Below are positions 12,881-26,310 of a stretch of 64,000 bases of DNA, one piece after another; the stretch's first letter is position 1, and each line of letters starts with the position of its first letter. The translations under genes and the position numbers were made by a program. The stretch lies in NCBI RefSeq assembly GCF_963921235.1, contig NC_086097.1, positions 160,892,001-160,956,000 of the forward strand, read 5' to 3'. Source of the DNA: Mobula hypostoma. Taxonomy: Eukaryota. The notes under the pieces were generated by a model. The model was given only the letters and a program-made list of their open reading frames with translations, ran no database searches and had not been told where the DNA came from.

Positions 12881-14198
12881 TGACTATATAAACCAGCTAT
12901 GTATTTTAAATCACTTCAAAATCTATATTAGTGTCATATGATTCAGGTCATGTCTTACCAATTATTATTAACAATTATATTAGCTTGCTTGATTTTTTAA
13001 ATGAGTAAAGTGCTAAATAATGGTTAAAATATGTCAACCTCTTGGGCAATTCATCTGCAAATTTCACAGAAGTTATCAAAGCATTCCATCTCCAGTTTTA
13101 TTTTTTCCATTCCCTTTGATGAAGATTAATGCAAAATTGGAAGTTCTTGTTCTTAATTATTAAAATAAATCCATGGGAAGATTACTGCAATGAGCAACCA
13201 TTCCGAGTTTTCACAGATGGTAAAACTGAGAAAGTAAGGAGGCATGGGATCCAAGGGACATTGTTTTGTGGATCCAGAACTGGCTTGCCCACAGAAGGCA
13301 AAGAGTGGTTATAGATGGGTCATATTCTGCATGGAGGTTGGTGACCAGTTGTGTGCCTCAGGTATCTATTCTGGGACCCCTATTCTTCGTGATCTTTATA
13401 AGTGGAGGGATGGGTTAGTAATTTTGCTGATGACACAAAGGTTGGGGGTGTTGTGGATAGTGTGGAGGGCCGTCAGAGGTTACAATGGGACAGTGACCAA
13501 TTGGGTTTCCTCCAGGAGGATGAGAGGTGACCTGATAGAGGTGTATAAGATAATGAGAGGCATTCATCATGTGGATAGTCAGAGTCTTTTTCCCAGGGCT
13601 GAAATGGCTAGCCGAGAGGGCATAGGTTTAAGGTGCTTTGAAGTAGGTACAGAGGAGACCTCTGTTTTTTATGCAGAGAGTGGTGAGTGTGTGGAATGGG
13701 CTGCTGGCAGCAGTGGTGGAGGCGGAATCGATAGGGTCTTTTAAGAGACTCCTGGATAGGTACATGGAGCTTAGAAAAATAGAGGGCTATGGGTAAGCCT
13801 AGGTAGTTCTAAGGTAAGGACATGTTCGGCACAGCTTTGTGGGCTGAAGGGCCTGTATTGTGCTGTAGGTTTTCTATGTTTCTATGTAAAAAGGCCATTG
13901 ATATTGCTCACTTCTACTCATAAGTCTGCTTCGTCATTCTAGTTAAATTCTTTCAACATTTCAGTAGCCAACTTACATTTAATGATTTACATGCAAAAAG
14001 TATTTACAAATAACATTTTTCTAATTTATCATGCAAAGATATTTTCAAGAACAACAACTATTTAGGTAGAAATCTCTTTAAACAGATACTTCTTGACTAG
14101 CTAAGTTCATCTATATTCAGATCTGCAGTTTTATTTGTTTAGCTTTGAAGTAGAATTTGTTAACGTGCGGAATCATCTCATTTCTTTCATGGGAGTTA

Positions 14199-14500
14199 GG
14201 GCGCCACAGTAGTGTAGCAGTTAGCGTGATGCTGTTATAGCTCTGGATGTTCTGGAGTTTGGAGTTCAATTTCAAAGCTGTCTGTCTGTAAGGAGTTGGG
14301 ATATTCGCCCTATGACCACGTGGGTTTCCTCCGGGTGCTCCATTTTCATCCCACAGTCCAAAGAACATACCAGTTTGTAGGTTAATTGGTCATTGTGAGT
14401 TGTCTTGTGATTTGGGCTAGAATATGTCCACTGCTGGGCATTGCAGCTCATTGGGATGAAAGGACCTGGTTCTGCGACCTATCTCTAAATAACTAGATAA
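14199..14500 (+). mobile_element. tRNA-derived SINE
   Basis: A-box-like agtagtgtagcagttagc, B-box-like gagttcaatttc, body gtaaggagtt...gggtttcctccgggtgctcc; further copies at about 54025-54305 and 58533-58790. Confidence 0.75.
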
Positions 14501-14703
14501 CACAATTCACAGCAGCAGCCATATTTGAGTGTATACAATCCTCTTTTCCAAGTTCATATGCACCTAAATATCACAATAAGCAATAAATAGCCCATACTTC
14601 TGTCACAGGTAATTTGCATACAAAATACATTTTCCCCATATTTGAGTATAATTTAAGAATGAAGGTACAAATTGGACAAGTTCTGATACTTGCTTTTTAA
14701 AAT

Positions 14704-14709
14704 TTTATT
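14704..14709 (-). terminator. Poly(A) signal of the S2-like gene
   Basis: AATAAA about 40 nt after the stop codon. Confidence 0.7.
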
Positions 14710-14747
14710 TGTATTCAATTGATAATATCTCTGACGCTTGCTGCCGA

Positions 14748-14984
14748 TCACACATTCTTCTTCAAAGATACTTTTTGATTGAGTGTTTCATTAAGGCTCT
14801 TGTTTTTAACTTTTAAAGTATTATCGAGTTCGTTATCTAACTTCTGAATCTTTGGCGGCCTTCGTTTGGGCTGTACATAACGAGGCCTCCGTTGGATTCT
14901 TGTTCTTCTGCCGCTGACTTTTCTTGCTCGTCGTACTTTTGCTAGCCGTTTGCGGGCACGGTTCTGTCTCCTTGACTTGACCAT
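14748..14984 (-). CDS. Spermatid-specific basic protein S2 homologue (78 aa)
   Basis: MVKSRRQNRARKRLAKVRR...KLDNELDNTLKVKNKSLNETLNQKVSLKKNV aligns with the recalled dogfish S2 (VKSRY...KLDNEVDNTLKAKNKSLNEALKNRLSLRKHV). TATATAA at 15058-15064; AATAAA downstream. Confidence 0.9.
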   Translation of the reverse strand: MVKSRRQNRARKRLAKVRRARKVSGRRTRIQRRPRYVQPKRRPPKIQKLDNELDNTLKVKNKSLNETLNQKVSLKKNV

Positions 14985-15057
14985 AGTTTTCTCTTCACTT
15001 CTGCTTTATCAGCAGGTTATTTTTTATCTCTTTACTAAATGGTTATCAGTCTATTAC

Positions 15058-15179
15058 TTATATAGCGTACACTGTGTTGCAACACAATGTAACTTGAAAT
15101 TTGTATTTTATTCTGCATTACCTTATTTGGTATTGATGTGGATATCATGATACACCACAGGTGGTATATCCTTATTAGG
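15058..15179 (-). promoter_or_regulatory. S2 promoter: TATA box and two CArG boxes
   Basis: TATATAA 15058-15064 (minus strand); CCTTATTTGG 15121-15130; CCTTATTAGG 15170-15179. Confidence 0.7.
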
Positions 15180-16329
15180 TATTGTTGTGATTGGCCCTGC
15201 TTGGTCTTGCTGGTTTGCAGTAGGGACCATTGAAGTTTATTATCTTTTATTCCTGTTGCTATACTGTTTGGATTTCAGGGATTTTGTCCTACGTTTGTTC
15301 TTGTGGGTTATGTTCTAACAATTGCAAAGGATAAACGGTTATTGTGCAATCTCACTACATTAAAAAAAATTCATTTCACTGAGATATACATTGATCATAA
15401 AATAAATTCTATATTATCTTGTAAGGAAAGCTTGTCATATTGAGAAATTGAGCAAAAAAATAACATTTTTGTATGACAGTAATAATATAGATCTTCCAGA
15501 TTACAGGGGACTGGCAATAAATATCTAATTTATAGAGGTACATGATTGGTCCTTATCCAAATACCGAGATTGAAAATCATATGCCTTAGTTATACATTTA
15601 TTTTTATAGTGCGAGTTTTCAGTTGGCAACTAATAAAATTAGAGGAATAATGATCATTTGCAGCTGACAGACCAACTATACCAAATATTAATCTCATATG
15701 ATGTGTATTTAATGCTTAAATAATGTTGTAAATATTTTGTTTGATCATATAATTAATTACAGATTATAAGTAATAGTGTGTGAATGGCTTACGTCGTCAT
15801 GCCGCCACATAATACGTCTGTGTGCACCTCACTTAAAGTAAAAATGAAGTTAGATGTGTTATTCCCAGCTCCACTGGTTTTATGCTTTGGAGTTACAAAA
15901 CATAACAGATGAGGCCTCACAAGCAATTTTGTTTGCAGAAATGAGGAAAGATTCTTAACTTATGCTTTTAACACAATGAGAATTTCACAAACATGAGAAA
16001 GTCTACAGTTGCAAGAAATCCAAAGCTACACACACACACAATGTTGAAGGAACTCAGCAGGTCAGGCAGCATCTATGGAAATGAATAAACAGTCAAAGTT
16101 TCACACTGAGATATTCCTTCAGAACTGGAAAGGAAGGGGGAAGATGCCAGAATAAAAAGGTGGGAGGAGGGGAAGGAGGATAGTGAGAAGATGATAGGTG
16201 AAGCCAGTTGGATAGGAAAGGTAAAGGGCTGGAGAGGAAGGACCATAGGAGAAAGGGAAGGAGGAGGTGACTCGGGAGATAAATCAGAATTCGAATCAAA
16301 ATCACGTCTAATATCACCAGCATATGTCT

Positions 16330-17230
16330 TGAAATTATTTGTTATACAGCTGCAGCACATTGCAATGCATAATAATAGAAACTAACTTACGGTAAGTTTT
16401 ACATATAAAATAGTTAAATTAAGTAAGTGGTGCACAAAAAGGTAGTGAGGTAGTGTCATTCAGAAATCCAATGGCAAAGGAGAAGCAATTCCTAAATCAG
16501 TGAGTGTGTGCCTTCAGGCCCCTGTACCTCCTTCCTGCTGGTAGCAATGAGCAGAGGGCATGTCATGGTCCTTAATGACGGATGCCGTCTTTTTGAGGCA
16601 TCGCCCCTTGAAAATGCCCTGGATGCTGGGGAGGCTAGTGCTCATGATAGAGCTGACTGACTTCACAACCTTCTCCAGCTTATTTTGATCCTGTATTCTA
16701 CGCGCCCCCCCCACCCCAACCCCCATACCAGACTACGATGCTCTCCACGGTAGAAATTTGCGCATGTCTTTGGTGACATACCAGGTCTCCTGAAACTCCT
16801 AATGAAATGTAGCTGCTGTCATACCCTCTTTGTAACTGATATGTGGGGCCCAGGTTAGATCCTCAGGAATGTTGACACCCAGGAATTTGAAATTGCTTAC
16901 TCTTTCAATTTCTGATCCCTTTATGAGGACTGGTGTCTGTTCCCTTATTTTACCCTTTCTGAAGTCCACAATCAGTTCTTTGGTCTTACTGACCTTGAGT
17001 GCAAGGTTGTTACTGTGACACCACTCAACCAGCTGATATTTCTTGCTCCTGGTGTAGAGAGAGTAGAGCACTGGGCTAAGCACATATTCTTAAGGTGCAC
17101 CAGTGTTGACTGTCAAAGAGGTAGAGATGCTATTTCCAATTGACACAGGCTGTGGTCCTCCAGGAGGAAGTCGAGGATCCATTTGCAGAGGGAGGAATAA
17201 TTATGTTAAGTTCTGAGCTGTAGTTAATAA
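16330..17230 (-). mobile_element. Rex1/Babar-like LINE 3' fragment
   Basis: WCHSNNLALKVSKTKELIVDFRK...ERVSNFKFLGV motifs in ORF 16799-17083. Confidence 0.75.
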
Positions 17231-18079
17231 ACAGCAGCCTGACAGAAGTATTAGTATTAATGATAGGCAGGTGAGAGGCCAGAGTGGGGAATAGAAGGAG
17301 GGGGAGCGAAAAGTGTTTTTGCCCAAAGGAGAAATCGATGTTCATGCCATCAGGTTGGAGGCTACCCAGACAGGATATAAGGTGTTGTTCCTCCACCCTG
17401 AGGGTGACCTCACTGTGGCACAAGGAGGCCATGGACTGACATGTCCGAATGGAACGGGAATTGGAATTAAAGTGTTTGGCCTACGGGAAGTTCCGCTTTT
17501 GGCAGATGGAGTGGAGGTGCACAAGAAAGCGGTCCCCTAATTTACAACAGGTCTCACCAATGTAGAGGAGGCTGCATCGGGAGCACCGGACACCATAGGT
17601 GACCCCAGCAGATTTATAGATGAAGTGTTGCCTCACCTAGAAGGCCTTTTCAGGGCCCTGAACAGAGGTAAGAAAGGAGATGAATGGACAGACGTAACAC
17701 CTAGGCAGGTTTTAGGATTTCCTGTTTCTGCTCAGCATCCATTCTTCTAGTTGTTGATACACAGCAACATTCTTAGGAACGTTATCTTCTGGCTGCATGA
17801 ATTTATCTCGCTGCATAAGAGTTTTCCAGGTGTGACCTCACCCAGAGCCTGTATCAGTGCAACATGTATATATTTTTATTTACAGACATGGCCATTCTGG
17901 CCCAAAAGCCCACCCTGCCTAATTATGGCTATGTGACCAATTAACCCCTTTGTCTCTGGAATGTGGAGGGAAACCAGGTCACCTAGGTTCAGTATAGAAC
18001 CAAAAACTCTCTTTGCATAGTTTGTATGGGCAATATTTGCACATCCCCACAGCACTTTATCTCCCACTACCACGGTGAT

Positions 18080-19860
18080 GGCTTCAGAACAGCACAGACC
18101 CTTCAGCGCATGACCTATTAACTTATGTTGACCTTTTAACCTATTCTAACCTTCTTAATCCCACCCCAGCTCTCCACTTTTCTTTTATCCAGGTACAGTA
18201 CCTGTCTAAGTCTCCTAAATGTCCCTAATTTATTTATCTATGCCACCACCTCTGGCTGCGCTTTCCAAGCACCTACCATTGTGTAGAAATCTCTACCTCC
18301 GACTTCCCCCCATACTTTCCTCCATATGATATCTCCTTGTATTAGATACTTTTGACCAGGGAAATTGTCTCTGACTGTCCATTCTAGCTCTGCCTCTTAG
18401 CATCTTATACACTCTATCACGTCACGTCTCGTCCTCTATAGCTTGCTCTATTTATCTATACCCATGAAGCATGCTCTCTAATCTAGGCAGCATCCTGGTA
18501 AATCTCCTCTGCACCCTCTCTAAAGCTTCCACATCATTCCTATAATGGGGTGATCAGAACTGAACAGAATACTCCAAGTGTGGCCTAACCAGAGTTTTAT
18601 AGAACTGCAACGTTATGTCATGGCTCTTAAACTTATCCATCCTATCAACTTGTGCAGGAACTTTGAGGGATCTATGGACATGGACCCCAAGATCCTTCCG
18701 TGCCTCCACATTGCAAAGAATTCTAACATTAACCTTGTATATAGCCTTCAAATTCTAAAATGAATCACTTTACACCTCCACTTTGAACCTCAGCTGCCAC
18801 TTCTCAGGCTACCTCTGCATTCTATCAATGTTCTGTTATAGCCTACAACAAACTTCTATGCTATCCACAACACCACCAACCTTCATGTCATCTACAAACT
18901 TACTAACCCACCTTCCACTTTCTCATCTAAGTCATTTATAAACAAAAACAAAGAACAGGGGTCTCTGAAAAGATCCCTGACGAACGCCACTACTCACTGG
19001 CCTCCAGGCAAAACATGTTCCATCTATTATCACTTTCTGCCTTCTGTGGGCAAGTCCATGCAGTCAACTTTCTTTAGATCCCATATTTATTGGCTTTCTG
19101 AATGAGCCTGCTATGGGGAATTTACTAAGGTCCACATTCACTACACACCACTTCCTCATGGAACTCATTCATACTCGTCAGGCATGGCCTGCACCTTACA
19201 AAGCTATGCGAACTATCAATAATCAGACTAAGCTTCTCCAAATGCTCATAAATCCTCTCTAAGAATCTATGAATCCTCCAATAGTTTGCCTACCACTGAT
19301 GTAATTGACTACTGACCATTTACTACTCTGTACTTCACAAGATTATCTCCATTATCTTTCCTGAGCAAAAGAATAACATTTGCTGCCCTCCAATCGAATG
19401 ATTCTACTCCTGTGGTAGTGAGGATGCAAAGATCATTGCTAAATATACTGCAATTTCTTCTCTTGTTTCCAGTCTAGTCTCGGAGACTTACAGTATCTAT
19501 CTTAATGTTTTTTCAGAAATTCAAACACATTCTTTTGCTCAATGTTGACACGTTCCAGCATGTTAGCCTGTCTACGCTGTCCTAACTTTCATTAAGTTCC
19601 CTCTCACTGGGGAAAACTTAAGCAAGTTAAGAACCTCCCCAGCTCCTCCAACTCCAGGCATGTTTTTTCTTTCATCCCTGATCAATTCTACCCTCACATT
19701 AGTCATCTTCTGGTTCTTCTCGCACATATAGAAAGCTTTGTGGTTTTCCTTAATCCTACTTGCCAAGACCTTCTCATATTCCCTTCTGGTTCTCCAAAAT
19801 CCATTCTTCAGCTTTATGGCTCTTTGCTGCTTTTTAAAGTTTCCCTAATCTTCAAGTTTC
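18080..19860 (-). mobile_element. Decayed CR1 LINE
   Basis: DLGVHVHRSLKV and KTLVRPHLEYSVQF motifs; many stops. Confidence 0.75.
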
Positions 19861-20954
19861 CCACTACTCTGTGTTGCTTTGTAGACATGAATTTTAATAA
19901 TAATATCTTACTTATAGAACACCTTTCATACAGATGATGTAGTTCAAAGTGTTTTACAATGGAATAAAGTACGAACATAGAATAAAAGATAAAAGTCTTG
20001 GACTATATTTTTTGTGTGACTGACTGTTGGTATTGTGTTTTGCACCTTGGCCACAGAGTAAAACTGGAATTCATGTACGGTTGAATGACAAGTAAATTTG
20101 AACTTGAAAAAAGATGTTAATTAAAAGCCAGGTTAAATAAATAGTTTTAAAATGGCATTTAAAAGTGTCAGTGTATAGTTTTAGGTGTGAAATTCCACAG
20201 TTCAAAAGAGCTGACTTGCCAATTATCTTTAGAGGGAGCTTGTTTGAATTTAAGAGACTGATGGAAGAAGAGCTGTGAGATTGAGCAGGATTATAAAACA
20301 AAAGCAATGCAAGAATGTACACAGGCCTCAGACTATTGAGAACTTTAAATCCAAGTAAGAGAACTTTAAAATCAATTCTAAAAGATGCAGGAAACCAATG
20401 GAGTAACTACGATGGGAGTGATATGCCCTCTCATCCTGGTTTTAGTTGAAATTCTAGCAGCAGTATTCTGAATGAGTTTGTCAATAGATTGCTTTGGAAG
20501 GCCAGTAAAAAGCGCATTGCAAGTTATCTCGTCTATTCCATATGAAGGTGTGAATTAATTTTTCAGCATCATTATGTGACAGAAATAGACACAACTTTGC
20601 AATATTTTAGTTTGATTTTAGCTTGACGTCTTCTTTTATTTCTTTGGCTTTCCCCACCCTTACAGCTCCTGCTTTAGACTGGAATATACTTTTGTTGGGA
20701 ACCATGAAAAATCACTTTAAAAGTCTTCCACTATTCTTTAACTGTCCCAAAATATTGCCTGTGTCCTCAGTGTACACTAGCAGCTCCTCCCTCATCCCAA
20801 TGTAGTCTATCATAAACATGAGAAAGTCTGCAAATGCTGGAAATCCCAACGTAACACACAGAAAATGCTGGAGGAACTCAGCAGGTCAGGCATCATCTAT
20901 GGAAATGAATAAACAGTCAACGTTTCAGGCTGAGACCCTTCTTCCTAACTGAAA

Positions 20955-22015
20955 GACCACAATCTGTGCAGATTGGTGATAATGTCTCCTCCTCACTGAT
21001 GATCAACACTGGTGCACCTCAGCGGTGTGTGTTTAGCCCACTGCTCTACTCTCTATATATCCATGACTGTATGGCTAGGCATAGCTCAAATACCATCTAT
21101 AAATTTGCTGATGATACAACTATTGTTGGTAAAATCTCAGGTGGTGACAAGAGGGCATACAGAAGTGAGATATGACAACTCGTGGAGTGGTATCACAGCA
21201 ACAACCTGGCACTCACTGTCAGTAAGACGAAAGAGCTGATTGTGGACTTCAGGAAGGGTAAGACGAAGGAGCACATACCAATCCTCATAGAGGGATCAGA
21301 AGTGGAGAGAGTGAGCAGCTTCAAGTTCCTGGGTGTCAGGATTTCTGAGGAGCTAACCTGTTCCCAACATATCAATGCAGTTATAGCGAAGGCAAGACAG
21401 TGGCTATACTTCATTAGGAGTTTGAAGAGATTTGGTATGTCAACAAATACACTCAAAATCTTCTATAGATGTTTTTTTCTGTGGAGAGCATTCTGACAGG
21501 CTCCATCACAGTCTGGTATGGGGGGGGTGGGGTTGAAGGCTACTGCATGGGACTGAAAAAAGCTGCAGAGGATTGTAAGTTTAGTTGGCTCCATCTTGAG
21601 TACTAGTCTACAAGGTACCCAGGACATCTTCAAGGAGCAGTATCTCAGAAAGGCAGGGTCTTTTATTGAGGACCTCCAGCACCCAAGGCATGCCCTTTTT
21701 TCATTATTGCCATCAGGTAGGAGGTACAGAAACCTGAAGGCACACACTCAGCGATTCAGGAACATCGTCTTCCTCTCTACCATCGGATTCCTAAATGGAC
21801 ATTGAACCCTTGGACACTACCTCACTTTATTTAATATATATTATTTCTGTTTTTGCATGGTTTTTAATCTATTCAATAAACATATATTGTTATTTATTTA
21901 TTTATTTATTTATTATTATTTTGTTTTTTTTCTCTTCTAGATTATGTATTGCATTGAACTGCTGCTGCTAAGTTAACAAATTTCACATCACATGCCGCTG
22001 ATAATAAACCTGATT
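20955..22015 (+). mobile_element. Rex1/Babar-like LINE 3' part (RT)
   Basis: GAPQRCVFSPLLYSLYIHDC...YKFADDTT; NNLALTVSKTKELIVDFRK; tail aataaacctgattc. Confidence 0.85.
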
Positions 22016-25000
22016 CAGCATTTCGGCAGTCTCCCTTAGTTAAGCATAATACATTGCTTTTAAGTCGAACCATTGTATCTTCCATTTGTATGATAAATTC
22101 AATCATCCTATGATCACTCTTTCCAAGAAGATCCTAGTGACAAGATCGCTAATTTAACTGTCTCATTGCACAGAACCAGATCTAAGATAGCATTTCCCTC
22201 TTAGGTTCACTAGCATGAGTCCTGAAGAAGGGTCTTGGCCCAAAACATAGACTGTTTACTCTTTTCTATAAGCACTGATGACTTGCTGAGTTCCTCCAGC
22301 ATTTTCTGTGTTTCACTAACAAGCTGTTTAAGGGAGCATTCTATTAAGCCCTCCTCAAGGCTGTCTCGAACAATTTGATTCAAAGCCGAAGTCAAATAGG
22401 TCCAAATGAAGGGTGTCAACCTGAACTTGACTCAACTGAACTTCTGGTGTTGCTCTAGATTCCAGCATCTGCAGTCTCTTCTGTCTCTATTGAAGGCTGA
22501 GGTAAATTTTGGCACAAGATCAGAGAATTTGGGGATGTGTATATCCTATACTTGCTGCTAGATTTCTGCCAGTGATTATGTCAGTATGTTTGTCTCAATG
22601 GGACTTGATGCACAGGCCACACATTTGCTGACGCTCTGCTCCATTTACACTTAGTGATCTTCCCATTGGATCCAGGGCCAGGTTACACCCAACACACTTG
22701 GAGATTTTACAGCTGCGAGGAAGAAAAATGATTACACACATTTGCAGTGATGTTTGTAGCAACTTTAAAATGCCTTAACTTGTTTGCATTAATATTGATT
22801 TTATGTAGAATTTTAAATGCTGTTTTAGTCTTTTGATTCATTTTTAATAGTGAATGATACTTCTGAATCCAGTGATGATTTCTAAGTAGGACAGCTTTGA
22901 CAGACAGTTAGGCCATGGGAATGGTTTTCTTATTTGTTAAATATTTCCACATCAGTGGAGGTTGTTTTGGCCTCTGAACAGATTCCACTTGCATCATTAC
23001 GTAGTGCCAACACTTGGCAATTACATCCAGGACAATTTCACCTACCATTAAGTGCAGTATGGCAATTGGAGACAGAGAATTTCAGTAACCAATCCAAATA
23101 CAATTAAGAGAGTAACAGGCATTTGGAAAAGAGTCAACATGGGTTAGTTGAAGGAAAATTGAATTTAGTTAACCTGATAGTGAGATAAACGAGAGGCTGA
23201 TGAAGGGAGTGTGGTTGATGCCATCTGTATAGAGTTTCAGAAGATGATTGATAAAGTTCTACACAAAGATTAGTTAACAAAACCGAAGTTTATAGAATAA
23301 AAATGGAACAATATGGGTAAGAATTGGCTTAAAGGCAGGAAGTTGACATCTGTGGTAAATAGTTGTATTTCAAATTGGAGAATATTCCACAGTGGACAGT
23401 TGATATATATTTATTTATTTTTATTTTTTGAGATACAGTGCGGAATAGGCCCTTCAAGCTGTGCTGCTCAGCAATCCCCTGATTTAATCCTGACCTAATT
23501 ATGGGACAATTTACAATGACCAGTTAACCTACCACTGGTACATCTTTAGAATATGTGAGGAAACGGGAGTACCCAGAGGAACCCATGCAGTTACAAGGAG
23601 AATGTACAAATTCCTTACAGGCAGCAGTGGGATAGATATATAATTTACTAGTAACTTAGATATGGCTATGCTGAATAAGATTTGTATGTGACACAAAGCT
23701 TCAGAATATGGTAAGCAACAAGGAGGAGGGTAAGAATGCAAGAAACCATAAGTATGCTGGATGAATGTGCAGAAAAATGGCAGATAAAACACAAGTATGA
23801 AGTTACTCACTATGTTAGAGAAGGTAAGGAAACAATTTAAACTATAATGGCACAGCTCTGAAGAATTGTGCACGTACATAATGACCTACAGTATGTGTTC
23901 ATAAGCATGGATCCTTGAAAGAAACAAGGCATGTTGGGAGTGGTTGGAAAAGTAGCTGGGATTCTAGGATTCACAGAGGTATACAGTACCACTGGAAGTT
24001 ACACTGAATATATCACTCAGCGACCAGGCAACAACGTGAGCAATGTGTCCGGTCTTGGTAGGTTCAAACAAGAATGCAGAAATGATTTAGTGGATGAGTT
24101 CCAAGAAACAGGGAGTCTCAGCTAAAGGGTTAGACTATAAAAGTAAGTGTTTTGCCCTTTGAAGATCAGAGGATATTTGATGAAGCTGTATAATAACATC
24201 ATGGCTGGTTTCCAAAGAGATAATTGAGACAAGTTCTCTGTTTAGCGGGTACTTCAAGGAGCACAGATTTAAAACCTTGCCAAAAGATACCAGAGATATT
24301 TCATCAGCAGCTGACTCAGCTTCACGAGGCTTAAATAACCCACTGTGCATAATAATTCTATGCTCCCGTAAAATGTGGCCTATATCTGTATTTTTCAAAT
24401 AGTCCTTCAGATGGACATTGTAGATTCCACAATACTATTTTTGAGTGAGTGGGAGTTGACCTTGATTAATGGCTACTATTTATCCCACATTCAGAATAAC
24501 TGAAATAGGTTATCAGACAAATTACAATATTGCCTCTTGTGGGAGTTTGATGTGCACAAGTTGACCGACCTATATTTCAGAAATACATCAATCACTGTAG
24601 GGTGCTTTGGGATATCTTAAAAGGGATGCCAAGAGCCACATAAATAGGAGTCCATCTTTTATAAAACCACCCAAGTGAAAAGGACAAACATAAGGACAGG
24701 TAATAAATACCATTGTTACCTACACGGTGTCTGGTATTGGGGGAGGGGTCGATTGCACAGGATCAAAAGAAGCTACAGAAAGTTGTAAAATTAGTCAGCT
24801 CCATCATGGGTTTAGCCTCCAAAATATCCAAGACATTTTCAAGGATCGGTGCCTCAGAAAGGCAGTGTCCATTATTAAGGATCCTGATCACCCAGGACAT
24901 GCCCTCTCCTCATTGCTACCATCAGGAAGGAGGGAAAGAAGCCTGAAGGCACACACTGTGATTCAGGAACAGCTTCTTCCCCTCTGCCATACGATTCCTA

Positions 25001-25636
25001 AGTGGTCATTGAACCCAAGAACACTACTTCACTTCTTTTCTTTTTATGTTATTATTTATATTATTTCTGTTTTTCGCTCTGGTTCTGATGATTCCATGAT
25101 GCACTCAATCTGTTATGGCATAAAGAATGGTAAATAATTGATCGCAAGAAATCATGACAACCCATCAAAGACCTTCTCCCTTCATCCTCCATCTCCAGTC
25201 CAATTTGCTGCCTGTGTCTGCTCCTGCCCTATCTGTCATTCACAGTTAACTTGTGACCTCTTGGCACTCACTCATCCAAAATCTTATTTATAAGTCAAAA
25301 TGTCACAATCACCCATTGCACCCTGCTTTTGACTTTGATACCCTCCACAGGTCATAGTTGCAAAGTGCCTAAAATTTCAGACTTGGGCACAACTACAGCC
25401 TGATGTTCTTGCAAAGTACATTTATCAGAACCAAGGATCATTCATAGCCTTAAGACACCACTACTGAATACTGCCAGAGGTCTGCAGGGTAGCTTTCCTT
25501 TGCAGATGGAACCTTTTTAATATAAGATTTAATTATGTCTTTGAGATTAATTTTTTGGTTCACTATTTCTAATAGGTTGAGAAAAATGTAAATCGAAACA
25601 GGAAGATTTTGTTTTCCAAGTCTCAAGTACTTGTTT

Positions 25637-25642
25637 TTTATT
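25637..25642 (-). terminator. Poly(A) signal of the S1-like gene
   Basis: AATAAA about 35 nt after the stop codon. Confidence 0.7.
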
Positions 25643-25675
25643 CAATATCAAGTGATACTCTTTTCATCATGGCAT

Positions 25676-25942
25676 TCAGACAGGCACCCTCATGGGCATT
25701 CTATGCTGCTTAAGCGATTCATTAAGACGTCTGTTGTTCTTTACTTTCAAATTTTCAATTTCATCTCGGAGTCTGCTGCGGCGTTTTTGATGCACACTCT
25801 TCCGTACCTTTCTCCTGTAGGAGGCATGACGAGGTCTGCGGCTGACTCGCCGCCCTCTCCTTCGACCCTTTGATTTACGCAGCCGCCTACCATATCGGTT
25901 ACGTGGTCGGCTGCGTCTGGTACGATATCGTGACTTGGTCAT
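25676..25942 (-). CDS. Spermatid-specific basic protein S1 homologue (88 aa)
   Basis: MTKSRYRTRRSRPRNRYGRR...RDEIENLKVKNNRRLNESLKQHRMPMRVPV is nearly colinear with the recalled dogfish S1 (TKSRYRNRRSRPRRRYGRR...NLKVKNNRRLNESLKQHRLPMRVPV). Confidence 0.93.
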   Translation of the reverse strand: MTKSRYRTRRSRPRNRYGRRLRKSKGRRRGRRVSRRPRHASYRRKVRKSVHQKRRSRLRDEIENLKVKNNRRLNESLKQHRMPMRVPV

Positions 25943-26023
25943 GTCCTCTTGATTAGCAAATTGTCTTGTACACTATCTCACTGATTAGAGATTTTCAATT
26001 GAATGTTAGCTCCCGTAGGCAGC

Positions 26024-26310
26024 TTTTAATGCCTGCAAGCACCATTGTTGAGTGACATAATCATACCATGTTTGGTCTGAAGCCATATTTTGTATTCATA
26101 GAGATGTAAATGGCACCTTATAAGGTGAATACACTGATACATTGATCATATCATTTTATTGGTGAGTTTGATCAATACACAATGGATTTCAGTGTCTTTA
26201 TACCAATGTCATGCCATATATGGACAAAATTTGTAATGCCTTTGGTGAGTGATGTAATCGTACCATGTAGGGTCTGAAGAACCATATTTTGTATTCATCA
26301 AGATGTAAAT
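26024..26310 (-). promoter_or_regulatory. S1 promoter: TATA-like ATTAAAA, CArG boxes, duplicated CRE-like block
   Basis: ATTAAAA 26024-26030 (minus); CCTTATAAGG 26116-26125; CCATATATGG 26214-26223; direct repeat of about 63 bp at 26049-26111 and 26246-26310. Confidence 0.65.
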
